The notes under the pieces were generated by a model, which made no database searches, was not told the DNA's origin, and saw nothing but the letters and a program-made list of their open reading frames with translations. The position numbers and the translations under genes were made by a program. A stretch of 37,746 nucleotides of DNA from a virus. Lineage: Duplodnaviria > Caudoviricetes. Every line of letters starts with the position of its first letter. Position 1 is the first letter of the stretch. The stretch spans positions 1 to 37,746 of IMG/VR virus record IMGVR_UViG_3300048847_000022, one strand, 5' to 3'. This document shows, in pieces, positions 8,091-17,168 of this stretch.

Positions 8091-9035
8091 ATGGCTGTCA
8101 CCAACCTCACCGATCGCGACGATGCCGGGGCCCTGATCCCGGAGGACGTCTCTCGCGAGATCATCAAGTCCGCGCCGCAGCAGTCCACCGCGCTCTCCCG
8201 GTTCCGTCAGGTCCGGATGAGCACCAAGGTCTCCAAGCAGCCCGTGCTCTCCGCTCTCCCCCAGGCGTTCTGGGTCGGCGGCGACACCGGGCTCAAGCAG
8301 ACGACCGAGGTCGGCTGGAAGAACAAGTTCCTGACCGCCGAGGAGATGGCGGTCATCATGCCCGTCCCCGAGAGCGTCCTCGACGACTCGGACTACCCGA
8401 TCTGGGACGAGGCGAAGCCGCTGATCGTCGAGGCGTTCGGCAACAAGCTCGACCAGACCGTCTTCTTCGCCCAGGACGTGCCGACCTCGTTCACCGACGC
8501 CGGCATCGCGCAGAAGGCAATCGCCGCCGGCAACACGTTCACGCGCGGGACGAACGCCCAGAACAAGGGCGGCATCTCCCAGGACATCTCCGACGCGTTC
8601 GCCACCGTCGAGGAGGACGGTTTCCCGGTCGAGTTCGCGCTCGCGTCCACGATGATGCGCGGCCGCGTCCGCGGTGCTCGCAACGTCAACGGCGACCAGC
8701 TCGCCGAGGTCAACACGGACAGCTGGTACGGCGTTCCCGTCGACTACGGGATGCGCGGCGGCTGGCCCACCGGCCTCGACGCCGTCGAGGCGATCTTTGG
8801 CGACCCGACGAAGGCGATCCTCGGCATCCGCCAGGACATCACCTTCAAGGTGTTTACCGAGGGCGTCATCTCCGACGACCAGGGCAAGGTCGTCCTCAAC
8901 CTGATGCAGCAGGACAGCGCGGCCATCCGCGTCACGTTCCGCGTCGGGTTCGCGGTCGCCAACCCGATCACGCCGGACCGCCCGACGGAGTCGGCTCGCT
9001 ACCCGTTCGGCGTCCTCCGCGCCCCGGCTGCCTGA
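8091..9035 (+). CDS. Major capsid protein (HK97 fold)
   Basis: ALIPEDVSREII, PVLSALPQAFWV, AEEMAVIMPVPESVLDD, GIRQDITFK and NLMQQDSAAIRVTFRVGF motifs. Confidence 0.93.
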   Translation: MAVTNLTDRDDAGALIPEDVSREIIKSAPQQSTALSRFRQVRMSTKVSKQPVLSALPQAFWVGGDTGLKQTTEVGWKNKFLTAEEMAVIMPVPESVLDDSDYPIWDEAKPLIVEAFGNKLDQTVFFAQDVPTSFTDAGIAQKAIAAGNTFTRGTNAQNKGGISQDISDAFATVEEDGFPVEFALASTMMRGRVRGARNVNGDQLAEVNTDSWYGVPVDYGMRGGWPTGLDAVEAIFGDPTKAILGIRQDITFKVFTEGVISDDQGKVVLNLMQQDSAAIRVTFRVGFAVANPITPDRPTESARYPFGVLRAPAA

Positions 9036-9202
9036 TGCCGGCCCCGCGCAAGCGGGCGCCGAAGCCCTCCGCGGACACCGCCGCGGAGGAGCAGGCGCCC
9101 GACATCAACATCGGCGACCTGTCGCACCTCGACGAAGCCGCAGCCAAGGGCTACGTCGGCGGACTCGGCGACGAGGGCACCAACCCCACCCGGCAGGACT
9201 GA
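9035..9202 (+). CDS. Small head-associated protein (55 aa; not in ORF track)
   Basis: TGATG coupling to the capsid stop; reads MPAPRKRAPK...DEAAAKGYVGG; fills the gap to 9205. Confidence 0.65.
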   Translation: MPAPRKRAPKPSADTAAEEQAPDINIGDLSHLDEAAAKGYVGGLGDEGTNPTRQD

Positions 9203-9204
9203 CC

Positions 9205-9714
9205 GTGCCCCTCGATCTCGTCGCCATCACGCCGACTCTCGCCGAGACCGCGGCCCCGATCCGCTTCCGGACGGTCGACAGCGACGGGATCGAGCAGGGC
9301 ACGTGGACCGCCGACACTCGGCCCACGGCAGAGGAAGCGGCACTCTTCGCCACCCGCGCCGCCCGGTTCCTCTCGCTCCGCGTGGGGGCCATCTCGACGA
9401 AGTGGGACGGCGACACGATCGCCGCCGTCCGCGACGTCGCGGCGCTCTACGCCGCCCTCCAGATCGAGACGTCCTTCTTCGCCGACACGGACGACCAGGA
9501 GACCGCGGCGCAGGGCCAGCTCGGCCGCATGTTCCGCGAGCAGCTCGCTGCGCTCATCGCGACCGCCCGGAACAACCAGACCGGCGGCTGGCGCATCCAC
9601 AGCATCCCCATCGTCAGCACGAGCTCGCCCTCCGCGTACCGCGGCCAGTGGGCGTCAGCCCTCGACGGCGCCGAGATCGTCAACGGGCCCGACCCGCTCG
9701 ATGACGATGTCTGA
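9205..9714 (+). CDS. Putative head-tail adaptor
   Basis: Position after capsid; helical VAALYAALQIETSFF segment. Confidence 0.6.
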   Translation: MPLDLVAITPTLAETAAPIRFRTVDSDGIEQGTWTADTRPTAEEAALFATRAARFLSLRVGAISTKWDGDTIAAVRDVAALYAALQIETSFFADTDDQETAAQGQLGRMFREQLAALIATARNNQTGGWRIHSIPIVSTSSPSAYRGQWASALDGAEIVNGPDPLDDDV

Positions 9715-10204
9715 GATCAACGTCACCGGGCACAGCTTCGACGAGATCGCCGACGCGTTCGAGACGCTCGCCCGGCGCAACGAGGACCTCACGCCCCTCG
9801 GCTACCGCGTCCGCTCTCGGTGGCTCGAGTCCGAGCGCCGCGTTTTCGCCCGCGGCGCCTTCGCCCCCCGGGCGGGGAGCACCACCCGCCGCTACCGCTA
9901 CCCCGTTCGCCACAGCGGCGACGAGCAGCTGCACACCGACAAGGGCGGCCGGCCCATGCACTTCACCGGCATGCTCGAGCGCGGGCTCACCACGGCCCAG
10001 GCGCGCGGCCAGCGCGACACCTCCCGTCCGCGCCCCGGCGGACTCGACGTCACCGTCGGCATCAAGCCCAACGGGCCGCTCTTCTACGGCGCCATCAACC
10101 AGCGCGGCGCGGGCGCCCGGCCGGCGCGCAAGGTCGTCGTCTTTGACGCCGAGGCGCACGGCGACTCTGCCGGCGACTACCTCGAGTACGTGCTCTCCCG
10201 ATGA
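9701..10204 (+). CDS. Virion morphogenesis / tail completion protein (Mu gpG / P2 gpS-like)
   Basis: DLTPL, TGMLERGLT and YGAINQRG...PARKVV resemble the family's YAAIHQFG...PARPF motif. The start may be 9707. Confidence 0.65.
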   Translation: MTMSEINVTGHSFDEIADAFETLARRNEDLTPLGYRVRSRWLESERRVFARGAFAPRAGSTTRRYRYPVRHSGDEQLHTDKGGRPMHFTGMLERGLTTAQARGQRDTSRPRPGGLDVTVGIKPNGPLFYGAINQRGAGARPARKVVVFDAEAHGDSAGDYLEYVLSR

Positions 10205-10839
10205 CCGCCACCGACGGCTTCGGCCCTATCGTCTCGCGCTGGACCTTCATGGAAGGGCTCCGCGACGAGGTCAAGGCGTGGCTCCCCGAGTACCTCGCAG
10301 CGGGCGACCGCCAAGAGGGTCGGACCGCCGGCCGCACACCGGTCCCACGGTCCTGGGAGGTACGGCACGCCTCGATCCTGCGGCCGCAGGCGCAGCTCCC
10401 CGGATGCGTGCTGTGGCTCGCCGGGGTGTTCAACCAGAAGGTGGACCCGGACGACGACACCGTCTGGGGCACGATCGAGTTCGGCATCAACTTCGTCGTC
10501 TCGGCCAAGGTCGCGGACGCGACCGGCGAGACGCTTCATCGCTACGTCGCCGCGACCCAGGCGCTCTTCCTCGACCGGCAGACAGTCGGCGGCACGGCCG
10601 GGAGTGTGGTCCCGATCGACGAGGACTACACGGGCATCGACCCCCGGCGAGACGCGATCCGCCTCTCCGCGGAGCTGCGGTACCACGCGACCGGCGTGAA
10701 GCTCGGGCAACGCAACTCCGGGCCGCCCGAGGCCGCGCACCCCCGCCCCGATCCCAAGCCCCCGTGGCCGGGCGCGCCGACCGTCGAGTCGGCGGACATC
10801 GACATCAACGGCCGTCGATACGTCGACCCCGAGGACTGA
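10201..10839 (+). CDS. Putative tail terminator / neck protein
   Basis: Position; QLPGCVLW and LHRYVAATQALF pattern typical of neck/terminator proteins. Confidence 0.55.
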   Translation: MTATDGFGPIVSRWTFMEGLRDEVKAWLPEYLAAGDRQEGRTAGRTPVPRSWEVRHASILRPQAQLPGCVLWLAGVFNQKVDPDDDTVWGTIEFGINFVVSAKVADATGETLHRYVAATQALFLDRQTVGGTAGSVVPIDEDYTGIDPRRDAIRLSAELRYHATGVKLGQRNSGPPEAAHPRPDPKPPWPGAPTVESADIDINGRRYVDPED

Positions 10840-10843
10840 CCCT

Positions 10844-13312
10844 ATGCCCCTCTTCGATTCCAACGACCCACGCCGCCCGGACGCCGCCGTCCGGTACGTC
10901 TCGTCCCGTGGCGAGAAGGGGGCTAAGGGCGATCCCGGCCCCCCCGGGCCTCCGGGTGATCCCGCGGCGCTCGTCGCTTCGATCGCCGACGGCCAGGTCG
11001 TCGGCCGGGGCGACGGCCAGGTAGTGGGCATCGATGTCGTCGATCCCGCTGAGTTCGCGTCTGTCGCGATGCAGGCCGCTTCCGCCACGGCAGACGTGGC
11101 CGAAGTCATCGCGGAGCTCCCGACGAAGGCCAACCAAGCGGACGTCGATGCCGCGCTGAGTTCGGTCGCAACCGAGAGCGACGTGACGGCACTAGCTTCG
11201 ACGCGTGAGCCCGTCGTGGTTGTGCCGGCCGAGGCGTCCGAGGACGACATCCTGGCCGCCGTCGCCGCGCTCACTGCCGGGACACGCGTGGTGTTTATGG
11301 GCACCTACTACGAGCTGCACGTGCCGCTGGCGATCAAAGCGCCGCGCGTGCGGATCGACGCGGCCCGCAGTACGTTCCGTCAGCTCGGTGTTCGGGTGCC
11401 CGTATGGGACGTCCAGGCCGACGACGTAGAGATCACTTGGAACGTGGCGCAGGCAGACCCGACGACGCGGTACTCCTACATCGCGGACTCCGGCCCGAGC
11501 ATCCGCGGTGGCCGCCCTTGCTCGTGGAGCTGCGCAGTCTGGACCTCCAGCCATCGCGGCCGGTTCCGTGGCCGCGTTGATGGGTTCTACTCGGGGGCTG
11601 TGGCGACCGCCTACAACGTGGCGGCCTCATCGTTCTACGCCGAGGGCGACTACCGGCAGGACAACCGCTTCGACCTCGAGGTGTCCAACGTCGACTTCGG
11701 CGTGCTCTACAACGGCCAGGAGCGCTGCGAGACGAACCTCACCGGGAGCTACGCCGCGCACCCTGAGAGCATCAACCCGCCGCACATGCTGTACGTCGCA
11801 CCCGGCCGCACGAGCATCGCGGGCCGAGGCACCGGGCACGCCAGCAGCGGTCGAGGCACCGGGCGGGTCATGGCGGCCCTCCGATCCGCAGGCACGACCG
11901 GCGGCACGCTCACGGTCACCGTCAACGGGCAGACGACCGCACCGGTCCCGTACAACGCCACCAAGGCGCAGATGACAGCAGCGGTCGAGGCGCTCTCGAC
12001 CGTCGGGACGGGGAACGTCTACGTGCACCTGACGTCCGGGGCCGATGTCGGCGTGACGGGGTCCGGCGGTGGCTGGTTCTTCGTGTTCGGCTACGGGCTC
12101 GGCGACCGGACGTTGACGGTCAACGGGGCGTCGCTGACGGGCACGGCGGCCGGGGTCGCGGCCCACAACTTTCAGCCGCACGACTCCGGCGGAGCGTGGC
12201 GGTTCCGGGCGCTGAAGTCGGGGACCTATCCCGCGCTGTCGGCCGATGACTGCCCCGGGGTTCTCGAGGTCTACGACGGAACCTCGGACCTCCACATCGG
12301 GGCCGTGCTGTCGACGCGAGACCACGCCCCTGTGGGTGGCTCCGTGATCACGGACTCCTCGGTGGCCAACCTGACGGTCGATAGTTGCAAGCTGCACTTC
12401 GCCGGCCCAGATGCTCGAGCCGTACGCCTAAGTGGCACCGACAACTCGGTTCGGGGGGTGGAGATCACGACTCAGACGACCACGGTCTCGTCGAGCTCGT
12501 ACGTCGTGGTCGACGGCACACGCAACACGGTGGAGGTCGAGGCCATCGTGAACACCGGCCCCGGCCGATGGTTTGGAGCGACCCTCTGGCCGTCGAGCGT
12601 CGGATGCACGATTCGCACCCGCAGGCTCGTCGGGATCGGCCAGATTGGGGTGGCGATCTCCGCTGGTGCGACGACGTCGTTCGCTGACGTCGACCCGCTC
12701 GGGATCGAGTGGCACCCGAGCGCCGCGTACCCGCGGACGCCGACTACCGACACGTCCGGGAACCTCACCAACCGCGTGCGTCGGGGGGCCGTGCGGCGCC
12801 TTCTCCCCGGGGTCGTGCTGCCCCAGTCGCCGGGGTGGACGTCCGTCGCCAGCACACCGGTCGCTGACCGCGTGTACTGGCAGCGGCTCATGCTCGACGA
12901 GTGGATGACGCTCGGCAGCATAGGGTTCACGGTCACGACTGCCTGGGCCAACGACGACCCCGTCGAGGTCGGGCTGTACGACGCGGCCGGTATCGCACTC
13001 TGGCGATCCGGCGCCGTTACCGGGAAGCTCAACTCCGTCGGCGCGAAGAGCGTCACGGTTCCCGACACGTACAAGCTGCTGCTTCCGTTCACCACGTACT
13101 ACCTGGCGTTGTTGATCAAGACGCCGACAGGTGCGGCGGGGCAAATCGCGGTCGCGTCGTGGTCCAACAGCTCACCGAACACCATGACCGCCACGGCCCC
13201 GCCTGACATCGACGGCCTCACGACCGCCTCCCCGACCGGTCTCCCGTCGTCCGCGGCCGGAGCTGTGGGCGGCGCGGGGGCGGTCGCCCAGATCATCGCC
13301 CGGACGACGTGA
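10844..13312 (+). CDS. Collagen-repeat, beta-helix fibre/spike protein (822 aa)
   Basis: GEKGAKGDPGPPGPPGDP collagen triplets, a GTYYELHVPLAI beta-helix entry, repeated short beta-strands, an inserted GGTLTVTVNGQTTAPVPYNAT module and a C-terminal beta-sandwich. Confidence 0.7.
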   Translation: MPLFDSNDPRRPDAAVRYVSSRGEKGAKGDPGPPGPPGDPAALVASIADGQVVGRGDGQVVGIDVVDPAEFASVAMQAASATADVAEVIAELPTKANQADVDAALSSVATESDVTALASTREPVVVVPAEASEDDILAAVAALTAGTRVVFMGTYYELHVPLAIKAPRVRIDAARSTFRQLGVRVPVWDVQADDVEITWNVAQADPTTRYSYIADSGPSIRGGRPCSWSCAVWTSSHRGRFRGRVDGFYSGAVATAYNVAASSFYAEGDYRQDNRFDLEVSNVDFGVLYNGQERCETNLTGSYAAHPESINPPHMLYVAPGRTSIAGRGTGHASSGRGTGRVMAALRSAGTTGGTLTVTVNGQTTAPVPYNATKAQMTAAVEALSTVGTGNVYVHLTSGADVGVTGSGGGWFFVFGYGLGDRTLTVNGASLTGTAAGVAAHNFQPHDSGGAWRFRALKSGTYPALSADDCPGVLEVYDGTSDLHIGAVLSTRDHAPVGGSVITDSSVANLTVDSCKLHFAGPDARAVRLSGTDNSVRGVEITTQTTTVSSSSYVVVDGTRNTVEVEAIVNTGPGRWFGATLWPSSVGCTIRTRRLVGIGQIGVAISAGATTSFADVDPLGIEWHPSAAYPRTPTTDTSGNLTNRVRRGAVRRLLPGVVLPQSPGWTSVASTPVADRVYWQRLMLDEWMTLGSIGFTVTTAWANDDPVEVGLYDAAGIALWRSGAVTGKLNSVGAKSVTVPDTYKLLLPFTTYYLALLIKTPTGAAGQIAVASWSNSSPNTMTATAPPDIDGLTTASPTGLPSSAAGAVGGAGAVAQIIARTT

Positions 13313-13528
13313 CCGTGAACCGCCAGCCCTCACCGATTTCGTCGCCGAGCCGCCTCTGCACGGCGGCGCGCGTCGCGCACTGAACGCGGACCGTGATGCT
13401 CTCCATGCGATACCTCGACCGCGCTCTTTCGGTCTTCCTCTTCGCTCAGGGCCTGCTCGGTCTATGGGGAGACGACACGGTGCAAGCGGTGGGGTGCTTC
13501 ATAGCGTCGGGAGTCTTCGCAGCTGCGG

Positions 13529-13927
13529 CTACCCCAGCAGCACCTTTGCGGCCTCCCAAATCGCCGTCGCCACCAGGCCCGGCGCCACCTGCCCGGTGAA
13601 AGTGGCCCTGATGCGTCGGACCAGATCAGGGTCCTCACGTTCGATCTCCGCGACGATTTCGCCGGCTGGCACGCCTCGATCTCGACCGACTTCGATCATC
13701 TCGACCCAGCGGCGTAGGCGTTCACCGGCTACGCCCGACGTGCGCACGATCTCAAGCGTCTCGTCGATGACGCTGTAGGTGCCCGGAGCGCCATGGCCGA
13801 CTGGGTGTTTGCACCACGGGCAAGGTCCCGCTTGGATCATTCCGAACGTAATGTCGGTCGAGTCCGAGACGTTGATCCCGCTTCGGAAAGCGTTGCCACA
13901 GCGATCGCAGAACGCGGGTATCTCCAC
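13529..13927 (-). CDS. Zn-ribbon protein with a C-terminal hydrophobic anchor (moron)
   Basis: CDRC and CPWC pairs; ends GLVATAIWEAAKVLLG; TAGGGT-N6-GTG leaderless promoter. Confidence 0.75.
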   Translation of the reverse strand: MEIPAFCDRCGNAFRSGINVSDSTDITFGMIQAGPCPWCKHPVGHGAPGTYSVIDETLEIVRTSGVAGERLRRWVEMIEVGRDRGVPAGEIVAEIEREDPDLVRRIRATFTGQVAPGLVATAIWEAAKVLLG

Positions 13928-14008
13928 CGGGCGACCCTACCTTTTCGCGTGGTGGCAGTTCCTGGGTTTGGGGAACGGCAGCGCCTCATGTGCCGATGGA
14001 CGGGCTGC

Positions 14009-14626
14009 TCAGAGGCCGGTCATCCAGTCGCCAAAGTCGAGCGTGACCAGGGGCATGGCGGGCTGCTGTGCAGCCAGGCGGTCGAAGTCAGCGTGGCGGC
14101 CCCACCAGTCGTTGACGGGGAGACGGACCCCGCCCAGGCTCAGCCAGCAATCGTCGGGAGCCTTTTCGGAGGCGTTCTCCGACGCGAGCACCGCAACCGC
14201 CAGCAGTGCCGGAACCATGCGTGCGGAGAGCGCCACGCGGCCCTGCTCGATTCGGATCTCGGTGATCCCGTCGACCGGAGCCGGAATAAGCGCAAACCCT
14301 GCGGGCAACTCGTCCCCGTGGCCGTGACTGCAGCGGTGAACCCCGTAGAGCACGTCCGCCAGGTCCGGACGGCCGTCCGGGGCGCGGGCCTTCTTGACGG
14401 CGACGGGGAATCGCGTGGTGTCCAGGTTGATGCCCGGCGCTCCCATCGGGCCAACGATGCTGTGGCTCGCCCGGATCAGGTCCGTGAATCGCGCGGCGCT
14501 GCCGGCGATCGGCCAACGCTTCGCGGCCGTGCCGTCGACCGCGTTGCAGGCGTGGAGCATGGCCGGCTCGAGGTCGCCGACGGTGTAGTCCCTCAGGGCG
14601 ACCCGGACGGAATCTCCCACGCGCAT
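14009..14626 (-). CDS. HEPN-like protein (RxxxxH), candidate anti-phage RNase
   Basis: N-terminal helix AMLHACNAVDGTA, RFTDLI and LYGVHRCSHGHG (RCSHGH at 14318-14335); TAGGTT-N6-ATG promoter. Confidence 0.65.
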   Translation of the reverse strand: MRVGDSVRVALRDYTVGDLEPAMLHACNAVDGTAAKRWPIAGSAARFTDLIRASHSIVGPMGAPGINLDTTRFPVAVKKARAPDGRPDLADVLYGVHRCSHGHGDELPAGFALIPAPVDGITEIRIEQGRVALSARMVPALLAVAVLASENASEKAPDDCWLSLGGVRLPVNDWWGRHADFDRLAAQQPAMPLVTLDFGDWMTGL

Positions 14627-14657
14627 GCGGAGAACCTACCTGCACGGAGCCCGCAGG

Positions 14658-14966
14658 TCAGCGGGGCGCGGCGTCCGGCCGGACTGCGTTGAGCTCGACG
14701 CGGAGCTCTCGCACCTGCTCGACCGTCCAGCCTGCAGCCGCCGCGACGGCCTCGTCGGTCGGCGGGTCGGCATCAAGAATCGCCATCCCGGCCGCGGCCC
14801 GTATCCCACTCTCAGCGCCGGCGGCGTGGCGCAAGTGCTCGTCCTTCTCCCGCCGTTTCCTGCTCACCGGGCCGAGTAGCCCGGCGTGCCTCTCGGCTGC
14901 CGCCGTCTGCTCGCGGACGCGGGCCGCGACGCCCGCCTTAGCCTGCCGCTGCTCCAGCTGCCCCAT
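14658..14966 (-). CDS. LexA-boxed protein with a C-terminal HTH (102 aa); candidate antirepressor
   Basis: ATG lies immediately after the SOS box; PTDEAVAAAAGWTVEQVRELR is HTH-like. Confidence 0.6.
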   Translation of the reverse strand: MGQLEQRQAKAGVAARVREQTAAAERHAGLLGPVSRKRREKDEHLRHAAGAESGIRAAAGMAILDADPPTDEAVAAAAGWTVEQVRELRVELNAVRPDAAPR

Positions 14967-14986
14967 ACGAACACATGTTCGTATGG
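14963..14986. promoter_or_regulatory. LexA (SOS/Cheo) box
   Basis: CGAAC-ACAT-GTTCG at 14968-14981 within the palindrome CCATACGAACA-CA-TGTTCGTATGG; matches the Gram-positive/actinobacterial consensus. Confidence 0.85.
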
Positions 14987-15038
14987 CTGGCGCTCTGCCC
15001 ACACACGCGCCGCCAGCGCGCCCCCTGATTTTCCTCTC

Positions 15039-15071
15039 GCGCCGCGGCTTCTCAGCCGCGGCGCTTCGTTT
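15039..15071 (+). terminator. Intrinsic terminator-like hairpin upstream of the tail genes
   Basis: GCGCCGCGGCT-TCTC-AGCCGCGGCGC followed by TTCGTTT. Confidence 0.65.
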
Positions 15072-15104
15072 CGCCCGACCGCCCGGACCTCCGGAGACCA
15101 CCCC

Positions 15105-15326
15105 ATGCCCACAGCCATCGTCACCGCACTGACGCCGATCACCCTCACGGGTGGGCGCCCCGCCGGCCCCGGTGAGTCGGTCGACGCCGACCCCGAGGCC
15201 GACCGCGAGCACTTCGAGACGGGCGCCCTCACGCTCGTCGAGACCGCCGACGAGCCGCAGGCGCTCGTCGCGCCCGACACCCCCCGAAGCCGGCGGAACC
15301 GTCGGCAGTCCGAGGAGGACTCCTGA
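15105..15326 (+). CDS. Small pre-sheath protein (73 aa)
   Basis: GGAG SD; stop coupled to the sheath start (TGATG); small proteins commonly precede sheath genes. Confidence 0.65.
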   Translation: MPTAIVTALTPITLTGGRPAGPGESVDADPEADREHFETGALTLVETADEPQALVAPDTPRSRRNRRQSEEDS

Positions 15327-16744
15327 TGCCCGCCACCATCATCCCGGCACCGCCGGGCTACGCCGTCGTCTACGCCAACCCCGTCGCGGCCCGCTTCGGC
15401 CCGCCCGCCACGTCGAACCTGTTCGCGATCGGCGTGTTCGACCGCGGCGACGTCGGCCAGGTCACGGGCGTCGGTGGACTGCGATCCGTCTTCGGCCCCC
15501 GGGTCAACCACAGCGTCGCCCCGGACGCGACCGCGACCAGCCTCGCCGAGGGCGCGCGCGTCCTCACGGTCGCCCGCATCTACGGTCCCGGCGCGGCCAA
15601 GGCGTCGAAGACGATCGCCTCGAGCCTCACGATCGAGGCGAAGAGCGTCGGCGAGTACGCCAACGGCTGGACCTACGACATCCTCGACGCCGGCAACGGG
15701 GCGGTCCGGGTGCAGGTCCTCGACGGTGACGACGTCGTCACCACGTCGATCGCGGCGACGACCGTCGCCGACCTCGCCGCCTGGTCGCTCGACGACGACG
15801 AGATCACGATCACCGCCGTCGGGGCCACACTCCCCGCCGTCACGGCCGACCCGGTCCCGCTCGCGGGCGGCACCGACGACCGGGCGAACATCAGCACGGC
15901 CAGCATCCAGGCGGCCCTCGACCGCCTCGACCCCCGCTACGGCCCCGGCACGCTCATCGCCCCTGGCATCACCGACGCCGCAGCGCACGAGGCCATCCTC
16001 GCCCACTGCGACCGCGCGAACCGCGTCGCGATGCTCGACCGCCCGCAGGCCACGACGAAGGCCCAGGCGATCACGCACCGTCAGACAGTCCTCGCGGACG
16101 TGCCGGCGCTCACCGGACTCGGCAGCCTCTGGGCCCAGTGGGCCCGCGCCACCCCGATCGGCGGCGAGCCCGAGCGACTCGTCCCGTACTCCGCGATCCA
16201 GGCCGGCATCACCTGCCGCGTCGACCGCAAGTACGGCATCGGTGCCGCCCCGTTCGGCGGCACGAACGGCGCCGCCACCACGGTCAACCGGCTCTCCCCC
16301 GAGTGGACCGACGCCGACCGGGCGGAGCTCTATGCCGAGGGCATCAACGTCGCCACCGACGACGGCTCCACGGTCGCCACGTGGGGCCACCGGACGATGG
16401 CCGACCTGCAGCTCGACCAGGACCTGCACGTCGCCCACGTCCGCATGGCCCTCCGCTGGCGCGCCGGCCAGATCGCCGCTACCTACCTCGGCGCCTACGT
16501 CGACCGCGACACCCTCGCGTCGTACGCCGGCCGCCTGCAGGCGCTGCTCGACGAGTTCCAGGCGATGAAGGCCGTCTACGGCACCGCCGAGACGCCCGGC
16601 TACGTCATCGACGTCGACTCGGTCAACACCGAGGACACGCTCGCCCGCCGTGAGCTCCACGCAGCCCTGCTCGTGAAGTTCACGCCCACCTCGGACTGGG
16701 TCGACCTCACCGTCGGCGCCGTCCTCATCACCGACACCCTCTGA
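15326..16744 (+). CDS. Contractile tail sheath protein
   Basis: GVFDRG, IEAKSVGEYANG, LAGGTDD, HCDRANRVAMLDRP, LYAEGINV, TWGHRTM and VNTEDTLARRELHA sheath motifs. Confidence 0.92.
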   Translation: MPATIIPAPPGYAVVYANPVAARFGPPATSNLFAIGVFDRGDVGQVTGVGGLRSVFGPRVNHSVAPDATATSLAEGARVLTVARIYGPGAAKASKTIASSLTIEAKSVGEYANGWTYDILDAGNGAVRVQVLDGDDVVTTSIAATTVADLAAWSLDDDEITITAVGATLPAVTADPVPLAGGTDDRANISTASIQAALDRLDPRYGPGTLIAPGITDAAAHEAILAHCDRANRVAMLDRPQATTKAQAITHRQTVLADVPALTGLGSLWAQWARATPIGGEPERLVPYSAIQAGITCRVDRKYGIGAAPFGGTNGAATTVNRLSPEWTDADRAELYAEGINVATDDGSTVATWGHRTMADLQLDQDLHVAHVRMALRWRAGQIAATYLGAYVDRDTLASYAGRLQALLDEFQAMKAVYGTAETPGYVIDVDSVNTEDTLARRELHAALLVKFTPTSDWVDLTVGAVLITDTL

Positions 16745-16754
16745 GGAGCCGACC

Positions 16755-17168
16755 GTGGCTATCGAAATTGCCAACCAGAGCACCTGGCGCACCCAGGTCC
16801 TCATCGAAGGGCAGGACTTCGGTCGCTGGAACCGGGGGGAGGTCAGCCTCGGGTCCACGGCCAGCACGTACGACGACCCCGAGGACGGCACCGTCCCCCT
16901 CGGCGGCCGGCAGACGGCCGAGGACGTCGAGCTCACCCGAGGGTTCAAGCGCTCCCGGGACCTCGGCGTCTACCGCCAGCTCAAGGCGCTGCGCGGGCGG
17001 GCCGAGGTCACGCTCATCATCCACGTCCTCGGCGACGACGGGCTCCCCGTCGAGTCCACGCCCACGGACGTCCTGACCGGCGTGCTGACCGAGGTCAAGC
17101 TCCCGGAGCAGAGCCGCGGCGGCGACGACGCCAGCGAGATCTCGATCACGGTGCAGCTGAAGCCGTGA
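16755..17168 (+). CDS. Tail tube protein
   Basis: 137 aa directly after the sheath; LGGRQTAEDVELTRGF resembles the gp19-type tube motif. Confidence 0.8.
   Translation: MAIEIANQSTWRTQVLIEGQDFGRWNRGEVSLGSTASTYDDPEDGTVPLGGRQTAEDVELTRGFKRSRDLGVYRQLKALRGRAEVTLIIHVLGDDGLPVESTPTDVLTGVLTEVKLPEQSRGGDDASEISITVQLKP

Noticed and set aside
13393-13599. Possible small two-TM protein on the + strand (MRYLDRALSVFLFAQGLLGLWG...)
   Set aside because: It overlaps the better-supported minus-strand Zn-ribbon gene by 71 bp and has no SD or TAnnnT-N6 signal. It cannot be excluded but is unsupported.
14983-15132. Plus-strand ORF starting at the mirror ATG of the LexA palindrome
   Set aside because: Low-complexity product that runs through a terminator hairpin and overlaps the next gene; the ATG is a by-product of the palindrome.
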